From: an uncultured Gammaproteobacteria bacterium
GTDB taxonomy: Bacteria; Patescibacteriota; Patescibacteriia; 2-12-FULL-60-25
Direction: 5' to 3'
Length of the DNA: 64,000 bases
NCBI GenBank assembly: GCA_964645655.1
Contig: CAZXZS010000001.1
Coordinates: forward strand, 478,021 to 542,020
Shown: positions 9,163 to 16,386 of the stretch, piece by piece
Numbering within the stretch: the first letter of the stretch is position 1
How the letters are laid out: each line of letters opens with the position of its first letter
Translations under genes and position numbers: made by a program
The notes under the pieces: generated by a model
What the model was told of the DNA's origin: nothing
What the model saw: only the letters and a program-made list of their open reading frames with translations
Database searches by the model: none

Positions 9163-9600
9163 CTATTTCTTCGCCGCGCAGTTGAACATCCAGTGGACCC
9201 CGAACCGGTCGGTGCAGGAACCGAAGTAGTCGTCCCAGAACATGTCCTGGAGGGCCATCTCGACCTTGCCGCCGGTGGAGAGGGCGTTGAAGAGGCGTTC
9301 CGTCTCCTCGCGCGTGTCCGGTTCGAGGTTGATGTAGACGTTGTTACCGAAGCGGACGGTGAAGCCCATCGACTCGGGGGCGTCGGTGCCCATGATCTTG
9401 TGGCCCCCGAGGATGGGGAGACAGATGTGCATGACCAGATCCTTGTCCTCGTCGGTGAGGGCAGGCGCGTCGGGTTGCGGAGGGATGTCGCGGAAGCGCC
9501 TGATGCCGCCCTCGAACTCGCCGCCGAAGACGGACTGGTAGAAGGTGAAGGCTTCCTCGGTGTTGCGGGGGAAGTTGAGGTAGGTGCTGGTGGAGGGCAT
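9163..9600 (-). CDS. VOC (glyoxalase/PhnB-like) family protein
   Basis: YLNFPRNTEEAFTFYQSVFGGEF...VMHICLPILGGHKIMGTD...FWDDYFGSCTDRFGVHWMFN is the PhnB/VOC pattern. ATG 9600. Confidence 0.75.
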   Translation of the reverse strand: MPSTSTYLNFPRNTEEAFTFYQSVFGGEFEGGIRRFRDIPPQPDAPALTDEDKDLVMHICLPILGGHKIMGTDAPESMGFTVRFGNNVYINLEPDTREETERLFNALSTGGKVEMALQDMFWDDYFGSCTDRFGVHWMFNCAAKK

Positions 9601-9766
9601 AGGGGAGGGGTGCGGATGACCGTTGCCTTTCGTTGTACTGACTCGTGAAGGGGATGGCAAGCGGAGTCACGCTCGTGTTTCCCGACGAGGGGGATGTTTA
9701 TCGCTGGGATGTTCCATAAAAAAAGCGCCCTTCCCCGGCAGCGCGGGAGGGCGTTTGAGGAAGGCG

Positions 9767-10231
9767 TCACGCGGGGAAGACGGCGATGGTCCCGTGGTCG
9801 AACACCACGACCGCGACGCCGGTAAGCTCGCGCAGCCGCTCACCGGTTTGGCGGTCGAAGGTCTCGACGACCTTCTGGATCCATTCACGGTCGGCAAGGC
9901 CCCTCGCATAGGGGACCATGCCCCAGGCGCGGATCGAGCTCCAATCGTGACCGGGCATCAGCCCTTCCGCGACATCGGCACCCAGGTGATCGTCGACGTT
10001 CACGAGGACGATGACGGCTTCAGCCGGTTGGTGGCCGCGTTCCGTCAGGCGTCGCTTGAAGTGGGCCACGCGGTCAGCGTTCTTGTCGAGGGTGTCGCGG
10101 CAGGCGAGTTGCGCCTGCCGCTTGTTGTATGCGATCACGACCTGCAGCACGGCCGCCGCATCCGGGTCTACGAGCTGCGTCTTCCCGTTCTCTTGCCGTA
10201 CGACGGCAGGCGGCTCGTCTCTGTTGCTCAT
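9767..10231 (-). CDS. hypothetical protein
   Basis: ATG 10231. Protein-like composition. No motif recognised. Confidence 0.5.
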   Translation of the reverse strand: MSNRDEPPAVVRQENGKTQLVDPDAAAVLQVVIAYNKRQAQLACRDTLDKNADRVAHFKRRLTERGHQPAEAVIVLVNVDDHLGADVAEGLMPGHDWSSIRAWGMVPYARGLADREWIQKVVETFDRQTGERLRELTGVAVVVFDHGTIAVFPA

Positions 10232-10505
10232 GGGAGAACCTCTCTTGCTTCGTTTTTGAGCATGTTCATACCGATCCCACGCCCGACGGATCCGTCACGG
10301 GGCGCAGTCTAGCATCGATCGCTCCCCTTGTCAATCCTTCCGCGACGCATCGCGCGGACTGATGGGAACGGATTGGCGCATGGGCTTGCTTGGTGGCCGT
10401 CCCGTGTCGCGCTCGCGATGCCGGAGCTTGACACGCCCCCTTTTTCCGTCTAGGTTCGAGTCGGTCCAGTTTCCCGTGCCGCGTGGCGGCAATAAGGAGG
10501 TACCC

Positions 10506-11279
10506 ATGGTCGACGATCAAGTCGGGATCGATGATCGACGCTGGCAGGAAGATGATGCCTTGGCCCTCGATCTGGGCCGGAAGCTGCTCAGGGAGTTCGC
10601 CAAGCGGGGCCTCGCGACGCGCGCGCTCGTCCGGCACGTCACCGACAGCATGGGGAAGACGGTGATGGTCGACCACGCCATGCGGGCGGCATTGCATGAG
10701 GTCAGGCATCCCCTGCGGGAAGACGAGCGGATCGCGCATTTCACCCCGGGGCTCCACCTGTATGCGCCCCGCCTGAAGGCGGAATTCTATCGTGGCGGCG
10801 TGGACGATCGTGCGTTCCACGACATGCTGGACGGCCGTCAGATCCTGCGGCGGCTCCACTGGTCGTGCGTCGGTCGCGACACGACGCCCGGGTACAAGGT
10901 GTTCCGCATCGTCCGTCCACGCGAAGAAATCCCCGTCGAACGGCTCGTCTTCGAACTGGGTCGCCAGGGCTACCGTCCTGCCTGCCTGGACGAGCTCGAC
11001 GCCCTGGCGCGCGCCCATCCCGATTTGGTCACGGTGCTGCCGTTCGAGCCAGGCATCCGGGAGATTCGCTGCCCATCGCGGCTCGTGGCGATGGGTGAGA
11101 TGGATGTGGCGTGGGACGCGTGCACCGGTCGCCCGTTTTCGTGCTCATGGTACGCCGTATCGAACACGCCAGCCGGCCCGGCGCTTCTCCTACACGGCAG
11201 CAACGACCCCTCGCCCGGCAACGACTACGTCTTCATCCGCATGCCGGGCCTCGGCCGACTGCCGTTCCCGGCGCGCTAG
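10506..11279 (+). CDS. hypothetical protein
   Basis: ATG 10506 preceded by AAGGAGG (10494-10500). No motif recognised. Confidence 0.6.
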   Translation: MVDDQVGIDDRRWQEDDALALDLGRKLLREFAKRGLATRALVRHVTDSMGKTVMVDHAMRAALHEVRHPLREDERIAHFTPGLHLYAPRLKAEFYRGGVDDRAFHDMLDGRQILRRLHWSCVGRDTTPGYKVFRIVRPREEIPVERLVFELGRQGYRPACLDELDALARAHPDLVTVLPFEPGIREIRCPSRLVAMGEMDVAWDACTGRPFSCSWYAVSNTPAGPALLLHGSNDPSPGNDYVFIRMPGLGRLPFPAR

Positions 11280-11382
11280 GGGCGCATTCCCGTGGGGCTC
11301 CGCTCGCGGGATTTTTTTGTTTGCGCGTGCAGGGCTTCGGAACGCGAGGGCGCGTTTCATGCGTGTGGCGGGGGGTGATCGC

Positions 11383-11422
11383 CATATGAAAAACCCCATC
11401 CAATGACGGGGGTTTTCATATG
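11383..11422. terminator. long hairpin abutting the tRNA-Ser(UGA) 3' end
   Basis: CATATGAAAAACCCC / GGGGGTTTTCATATG arms (one mismatch). Confidence 0.5.
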
Positions 11423-11510
11423 GCGGAGAGGGCGCGATTCGAACGCGCGGTACGGTTGCCCGTACGACGGATTTCAAGTCCGTTGCTTTAGACCGCTCAG
11501 CCACCTCTCC
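11421..11510 (-). tRNA. tRNA-Ser (anticodon UGA), CCA encoded
   Basis: Reverse complement GGAGAGGTGGCTGAGCGG...ACGGACTTGAAATCCGT...long variable arm...GCGCGTTCGAATCGCGCCCTCTCCGCCA. Acceptor stem GGAGAGG/CCTCTCC and T-loop TTCGAAT. Confidence 0.9.
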
Positions 11511-11601
11511 GGACCGGTCTTGCCGTCCCGGATGGGAAGGCGTGTCCGGATGGTAGCGAGTTCGTTCGGAGGATGCAAAAAAGCCCTCCGTTCGGGAGGG
11601 G

Positions 11602-12183
11602 TTACCAGGAGGTGTGGGGCAGGTGGGACGTCGCGTTGAGGCGGCGGACCTCCCAGATGCCCTGGCGGGGGAGCCAGCGCAGGGAGGTGACCGAGGCGTG
11701 GTCGACGTGGAAGTGGTCCGCGAGCGCGGGCGGCAGGTCGAGGAGGACCTGCAGGAGGGGGCGGATCGCCGTCGCGTGGGTGACGGCGACGATCGTCTTC
11801 TCGACGCCGGGGGTCGGTGACCGTTCGACGGTGTCGAAGAGCCAGCGTCGGACGCGCGACCCGACCTCGACCGCGTCCTTGGCGCCCAGGGGCCCGTCGC
11901 GCGGCGGCGTTCCGGCCGGACCTGCCGGAGCTGCGCGGTCCAGGCGTTCGTCCGTGGGAACCGGTGTTCCCGGCGGGATCCTCAGGCCCGGGTACAGGAG
12001 CTCCATGGTCTCGCGGGCCCAGAGGCGCGTCGAGCTCCAGGCGGCATGGATGTACATGGGGTTCCGGAGGAGGTAGGCGTTGAGGGCGGCGGCCTGGGCG
12101 CGCCCGATCTCCGACAGCGCCCCGTCCGCTTCGTCGCCCGCGCGGATCAGATGCAGGGAGACCTTCTGTTTCGTGTCGAACAT
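11602..12183 (-). CDS. histidine phosphatase (phosphoglycerate mutase-like) family protein, atypical first motif
   Basis: ATG 12183 after AAGGAG. SLHLIRAGDEADG sits where RHGE is expected. The second motif VAVTHATAIRPLL is present. Confidence 0.65.
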   Translation of the reverse strand: MFDTKQKVSLHLIRAGDEADGALSEIGRAQAAALNAYLLRNPMYIHAAWSSTRLWARETMELLYPGLRIPPGTPVPTDERLDRAAPAGPAGTPPRDGPLGAKDAVEVGSRVRRWLFDTVERSPTPGVEKTIVAVTHATAIRPLLQVLLDLPPALADHFHVDHASVTSLRWLPRQGIWEVRRLNATSHLPHTSW

Positions 12184-12255
12184 GTCCGCTCCTTTCCGTG
12201 GGCATGTGAGCAGGCCGGAGGGGGCGATGTCAAGCCCTGGCTTTTTCTCCTGGGG

Positions 12256-12284
12256 TTGACAGGACAGCCCTTTTCTGCAAGAAT
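12256..12284 (+). promoter_or_regulatory. sigma70-like promoter TTGACA-17-AAGAAT
   Basis: Upstream of 12324. The -10 box is weak. Confidence 0.35.
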
Positions 12285-12323
12285 ATGCCGTTCCCATGCC
12301 ATGGGACGAAAGGAATCCAGCCC

Positions 12324-12956
12324 ATGCAAACGAATCCCGATGACGTGACCTCCAGAACCGAGGCCCAGGCCAAGCAGGAGGCGGCGGACCGGGAAGCGGA
12401 ATACGAGCGCGAGCGGGCCGACCAGCTCAGGCACCTCGAGCGGTCCCAGTTCCGCTTCTTCGTACACCTCGGGCTCCTGATGCTCGCACTCACGCTGATG
12501 CTCTTCTCCCTCATCTTCATCGCGGGCGCGGGCGCGCAGCCCTTCCAGGATGGCTGTGGGCGCTATCTCCAGCGGGCCGCCGACACCACCGACGCCGAGG
12601 TCGCCTTCGCGAGCCTCGACCACGCCATCCGCTACGCCGAGGCCAACGGCCTCACTCGCGGCCACTCCTTCTACCCGCCCACGCCCGCGAACGACGTCGG
12701 CGCCTGGTATGCGCGGTTGCGGGGCGCCCGGGCCAAGATCGCCGCCCTCACGCCAGCGACCCCCTACCTCGAGCGCCGGGAGGCCTTCATCCGCCTGCGG
12801 GCCACGCTCCTCGATCCGGCCCCGCCCGGCCGCCTCCGCATCCCGAAGTATGCCGAGCTTCACCCGTACCAGTACCGGGTCTGGGGCGTCCAGGTGGGGT
12901 CCGCCGTCCTTGCCGTCCTGACGCTCTACCGCCTGCGCCGCCCCGGCCTGCTCTGA
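12324..12956 (+). CDS. bitopic membrane protein, tandem paralog family member 1
   Basis: ATG 12324 lies downstream of the predicted promoter. Two hydrophobic helices flank a domain with LDHAIRYAEANGLTRG. Own terminator. Confidence 0.6.
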   Translation: MQTNPDDVTSRTEAQAKQEAADREAEYERERADQLRHLERSQFRFFVHLGLLMLALTLMLFSLIFIAGAGAQPFQDGCGRYLQRAADTTDAEVAFASLDHAIRYAEANGLTRGHSFYPPTPANDVGAWYARLRGARAKIAALTPATPYLERREAFIRLRATLLDPAPPGRLRIPKYAELHPYQYRVWGVQVGSAVLAVLTLYRLRRPGLL

Positions 12957-12970
12957 GGGGCGGCTTTTTT
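12937..12970 (+). terminator. intrinsic terminator
   Basis: GCCGCCCC / GGGGCGGC stem plus T6. The loop contains the stop codon. Confidence 0.6.
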
Positions 12971-12983
12971 GTGGGCGGGGGAG

Positions 12984-13012
12984 TTGACGGGGAAGGGGGT
13001 TTGGGGTATATA
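12984..13012 (+). promoter_or_regulatory. sigma70-like promoter TTGACG-17-TATATA
   Basis: Upstream of 13056. Confidence 0.5.
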
Positions 13013-13055
13013 AAGTCCGCTTTCACGCGCGTGGGAGCGAAAGGATGGTTAGGTT

Positions 13056-13652
13056 ATGGTGTATCGTGACAACGCAAAGCCTTCGGCTCCGTCGGTCGGT
13101 TTCGTCGCGAGGGCTTGGCGCGCGTTTCTGGGCGGGTGCTCTCATGGGTCGGTGCTCGTTTCCCTGTCGCTCGCGTTCGTGCTTCTGATGGCCGGTGGCG
13201 GCGTTTCGGATGTCCGCCTGCAGCCGTTCAGCCGGCAGTACGTCCAGCCCCTCCAGACGGCCGTCATCTCCACGGATCCAGAAGCGGTCCTTCTCAGCCT
13301 CCAGCGCGCCATCCGCTACGCCGAAGCCAACGGCCTCACCCACGGCGACGCTTCCCAGCCATCGAGCGACCTCCTCACCTGGCACCGGACGCTCATCGCG
13401 GCTGCGGCCGAAGTCGCGACGCTGACGCCCACCACGCCCATCGAGGAGCGTCGGCGGGTTCTCGCTCGGGTCCGCCAGATGATCGCCGGTTCCGATTTCC
13501 AGCCGCGCGTACCCGAGGCCATGACCGACTCCCTGCCGAACCGCCGACTGATGCAGGGGCTATTGTGGGCCGCGCTCGCGTGCGTCGTGGCCGCGCTCGT
13601 CCAGACGGCCGTTTTGGAGGGGCACGCCGCCCGCTTCTTTACCCGATCCTGA
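13056..13652 (+). CDS. bitopic membrane protein, tandem paralog family member 2
   Basis: ATG 13056 after AAAGGATGG. Shares LQRAIRYAEANGLTHG and ...LTPTTPIEERR with member 1. Own promoter and terminator. Confidence 0.6.
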   Translation: MVYRDNAKPSAPSVGFVARAWRAFLGGCSHGSVLVSLSLAFVLLMAGGGVSDVRLQPFSRQYVQPLQTAVISTDPEAVLLSLQRAIRYAEANGLTHGDASQPSSDLLTWHRTLIAAAAEVATLTPTTPIEERRRVLARVRQMIAGSDFQPRVPEAMTDSLPNRRLMQGLLWAALACVVAALVQTAVLEGHAARFFTRS

Positions 13653-13665
13653 TCGGGCTTTTTTA
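13642..13665 (+). terminator. intrinsic terminator
   Basis: CCCGAT / ATCGGG stem plus a T-run. Confidence 0.5.
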
Positions 13666-13673
13666 TTGCTGGA

Positions 13674-13702
13674 TTGACAAGCCTCCTCGAATGTGCTATG
13701 CT
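13674..13702 (+). promoter_or_regulatory. sigma70-like promoter TTGACA-17-TATGCT
   Basis: Upstream of 13744. Confidence 0.55.
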
Positions 13703-13743
13703 GTGACGCTTTCCCGCATCGGGAAAACGTCCTAAGGAGAGCC

Positions 13744-14364
13744 ATGGAAACAGTCGATCTGGATGGGTTCGTCGTCGGTGCCAACGGGGTCGCCGGCGGT
13801 CGCTGGGTCTTGCCGTCCGCGCTCGAGGTCGCGCGCCCGACGCGTTGGGGCCGGCGGGCGCGTGTGCGCGTCGTGTCGGTCGCTTGCCTCGCCTCGGTCT
13901 TCCTGATGGTCTCGACGTTCCTGTGGTCCGCATATTCCTTCGAACGCGATTGCCGGCGGCCGTTCCAGGCGTTTCTCTCTGCCGGTGCGGATCCCGGCGA
14001 GGCTCGGGCGCATCTTGATCGGGCCCTGGTGTGCTTCGAGGCCCGTGGCCTGACCGCCGGCCGGCTCCCGTCGCTGCTGAATTCGGAAGGGGAGGACATC
14101 GGGGCGCTGTACCGATCCTTGCGGGTCGTGCGGCTCGCCTTTCCGTCGGATCCCCGCCAGGCCGGGGCGGCGGAAGCGTGGTTGCGTACGGTGCAGGGCG
14201 CATCCTCGTTGCCCGACCCGGACCAGGTGTCGTTGGATCGGATGCTGTGCCTGGGCGACCTGACCCCGCTCTTCCAGGTCTGGGTGGCCATGACGTTCGC
14301 CCTGGGCGCGTACCTCCTGTTCCAGCCGTCCAAGGGCTCCGTGCGTCGTGATCGGAGATCCTGA
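13744..14364 (+). CDS. bitopic membrane protein, tandem paralog family member 3 (divergent)
   Basis: ATG 13744 after AAGGAGAG. LDRALVCFEARGLTAG aligns with the family motif. Own promoter and terminator. Confidence 0.55.
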   Translation: METVDLDGFVVGANGVAGGRWVLPSALEVARPTRWGRRARVRVVSVACLASVFLMVSTFLWSAYSFERDCRRPFQAFLSAGADPGEARAHLDRALVCFEARGLTAGRLPSLLNSEGEDIGALYRSLRVVRLAFPSDPRQAGAAEAWLRTVQGASSLPDPDQVSLDRMLCLGDLTPLFQVWVAMTFALGAYLLFQPSKGSVRRDRRS

Positions 14365-14371
14365 GCCTCGT

Positions 14372-14405
14372 GGCCCGGCCGTTTCCCTCTCGGCCGGGCC
14401 TTTTT
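14372..14405 (+). terminator. intrinsic terminator
   Basis: GGCCCGGCCG / CGGCCGGGCC 10-bp stem plus T5. Confidence 0.65.
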
Positions 14406-14554
14406 CTTTTTCCCTTGATTCCTGCCGCCCGCGCTGGTACAGTCCACCGCGCGTGCGTGCCTGGGGTGGCCATCCGTGGCCCTCCGGAACCGACACGCGG
14501 AGGGGACCCGTGCCCGCGCCCCGCGGCCACGGCCCGTCCAAACCCCACCAGCCT

Positions 14555-14646
14555 GGAGAGGTACCCAAGAGGCTGAAGGGGGGAGATTGCTAATCTCCTA
14601 GGGGTGTAAAAAGCCCGCGAGGGTTCGAATCCCTCCCTCTCCGCCA
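14555..14646 (+). tRNA. tRNA-Ser (anticodon GCU), CCA encoded
   Basis: GGAGAGGTACCCAAGAGGCTGAAGGGGGGAGATTGCTAATCTCC, long variable arm, GAGGGTTCGAATCCCTCCCTCTCCGCCA. Confidence 0.9.
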
Positions 14647-14666
14647 TGATATGTCGTTATCGGAGA

Positions 14667-14684
14667 CGTCTCGCGTGCCTCAAA
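14667..14684. repeat. 18-nt direct repeat, copy 1
   Basis: CGTCTCGCGTGCCTCAAA versus CGTCTCACGTGCCTCGAAA at 15458-15476. Confidence 0.5.
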
Positions 14685-14816
14685 CATGCGAGAAATGTTC
14701 GATGGCATATGACCAGTAAAACCGTCCGAAAGGGCGGTTTTACATTAAACGAGGGATTAATCTAAAATGTAAGTAAAGCAGTTGTACGGAAAGAGCTTTC
14801 CGAATTGCGGTTGTTA

Positions 14817-14884
14817 AAACTTTCGAACCGGCTCCCCAATAGCCAGTCAACAAAACGATCCGCTATTTAGGCGGATAGTTTTGT
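14817..14884. repeat. 39-nt conserved motif plus hairpin, copy 1 (island I)
   Basis: AAACTTTCGAACCGGCTCCCCAATAGCCAGTCAACAAAA, then hairpin ATCCGC-TATTTAG-GCGGAT. 33/39 identical to copy 2. Confidence 0.6.
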
Positions 14885-14898
14885 AATAGATCAAAAAA

Positions 14899-15372
14899 TT
14901 AGCCAGCAACAAATACATTGATGTAATGCTCCCCAAAGGAAATAACTGGGACAAAGGATAAGATCACTAACCCGACCCCGATTGAGAAAAAGACGCTAGA
15001 TACCTTTGGTAAATCGCTAGAGTTAGATCGTCCCTGATACACCCAAAAAGCAAGGGGAATACAGGATGATAATGAAATAGTGAGACCTAAGAGAAAAAGA
15101 TTAAGCTCTACCTGACTATGCGGGTCAAAATCAGTAAATCGGATCGGGAGAGGCTCATCCTTACCATAGAATGCATTAGCGTAGTATCCATCTAGGTCTG
15201 AGCCGGAACCATGAACGCCGGTCGACTCAACTGTAAATGGACCCAGCGCATGACGGTTCACGTAATACTCTTCAAATCTCACATCTGAGGCACCAAAGCT
15301 TTTACCCAAAGAGGCTAAAGCATATAGAACTCCGAAGCACAGAAATATGGTTCTCGCCAAAAATTTCAACAT
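14899..15372 (-). CDS. hypothetical membrane protein
   Basis: ATG 15372. N-terminal signal or TM segment plus C-terminal hydrophobic helices. AT-rich codons. Confidence 0.55.
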   Translation of the reverse strand: MLKFLARTIFLCFGVLYALASLGKSFGASDVRFEEYYVNRHALGPFTVESTGVHGSGSDLDGYYANAFYGKDEPLPIRFTDFDPHSQVELNLFLLGLTISLSSCIPLAFWVYQGRSNSSDLPKVSSVFFSIGVGLVILSFVPVISFGEHYINVFVAG

Positions 15373-15457
15373 AAGATGCTAAAAAGATACTCCTGACATG
15401 TGGAAAGTACAATGATTTACTACCATATTCCGTGTCTCATTTGTCTCATTTTGACCC

Positions 15458-15476
15458 CGTCTCACGTGCCTCGAAA
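15458..15476. repeat. 18-nt direct repeat, copy 2
   Basis: See 14667-14684. The pair brackets gene 14899-15372. Confidence 0.5.
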
Positions 15477-15647
15477 ATACCTGGATTTTGACCCTTGAAA
15501 AAGCCCTTGGGTTACACGTTTTCCTGGTTGCATAACTCGACTGGCCCGCCATCAAGAAATTCGCTCAAATGAGCGTATTTTTTGTTTGATGGGAAAAGGA
15601 AAATCGAAACTTCCGAGCGAACTCACGGGAAGCTATACTGATAGCAC

Positions 15648-15893
15648 ATGTCTAATTTTCAAGAATCAAAGACCCGTACGGCCTTAAAAACCGTCCTCTG
15701 GAGAATCGTTGCTACTTTAATTACATGGGGAAGCCTCTACTATTTCACGGGGCAATTTTTTGAATCGAGTAAGATTACGATCGTAGCAGCGCTTATCGGT
15801 ATGGTGGCATACTACATTTATGAACGCGTATGGAACGTTGTTAAATGGGGAAAATACGACGCGGAAGATTCCCAATCTCGTCAGGGATCCTAA
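15648..15893 (+). CDS. DUF2061 family membrane protein
   Basis: KTVLWRIVATLITWG...IVAALIGMVAYYIYERVWNVVKWG matches the DUF2061 pattern. Confidence 0.75.
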   Translation: MSNFQESKTRTALKTVLWRIVATLITWGSLYYFTGQFFESSKITIVAALIGMVAYYIYERVWNVVKWGKYDAEDSQSRQGS

Positions 15894-15958
15894 AGTTTCG
15901 AACCAGCTCCCCAATGGCCCGCCAGCAAAAAAGCGTCCGTGATTACGGACGCTTTTTT
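15892..15958. repeat. 39-nt conserved motif plus hairpin, copy 2 (island I)
   Basis: AAAGTTTCGAACCAGCTCCCCAATGGCCCGCCAGCAAAA, then hairpin GCGTCCGT-GATT-ACGGACGC and a T-run. Confidence 0.6.
15933..15958 (+). terminator. intrinsic terminator
   Basis: GCGTCCGT / ACGGACGC stem plus T6, after the DUF2061 gene. Confidence 0.65.
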
Positions 15959-16036
15959 GCTGCGAGACCCGCTGGCTTGAGCGCTATCCTTGTGGTCTGC
16001 TCGCAAATGCGGAATGCTGTTCCGTGTATTTCGAAT

Positions 16037-16384
16037 ATGCCATCCCCGCAAGACATTACGTCTCAGATCCTCGCTTTTCGCGACGCTCGCAACTGGAAGC
16101 GGTTTAACAATCCAAAAGACATGGCGCTTTCCTTGGTCCTTGAAGCTACGGAACTCGTGGAGCATTTCCAATGGAAAAACGCTGAAGAAATGGATATCCA
16201 CCTGAAGGGGCGGCGCGCCGAGATCGGCGAGGAATTGGCCGATGTCCTCTACTGGGTCCTCCTCATGGGGCATGATTTTCAAATCGATGTCTTCGACGCC
16301 CTAGAAAAGAAGCTTGAGAAGAATGCCGCGAAATATCCGGTGGACAAGGCGAAGGACGTGCACACGAAATATACGGAGCTATAA
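16037..16384 (+). CDS. MazG-like nucleotide pyrophosphohydrolase
   Basis: ILAFRDARNWKRFNNPKDMALSLVLEATELVEHFQW...EELADVLYWVLLM...LEKKLEKNAAKYP is the MazG/dCTPase-like all-alpha NTP-PPase pattern. ATG 16037 preferred over ORF-track start 15845. Confidence 0.8.
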   Translation: MPSPQDITSQILAFRDARNWKRFNNPKDMALSLVLEATELVEHFQWKNAEEMDIHLKGRRAEIGEELADVLYWVLLMGHDFQIDVFDALEKKLEKNAAKYPVDKAKDVHTKYTEL

Positions 16385-16386
16385 GT

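Noticed and set aside
13316-14647. 443-aa minus-strand ORF that runs through tRNA-Ser(GCU) and the paralog array
   Set aside because: It starts inside the tRNA, has extreme Arg/Pro/Gly composition, and lies opposite to genes with promoters and terminators.
14817-14855. TTCGAACC-containing motif as a tRNA fragment or tRNA-like element
   Set aside because: Neither strand folds into a T-arm plus acceptor arrangement. The similarity to the T-loop is limited to TTCGAA.
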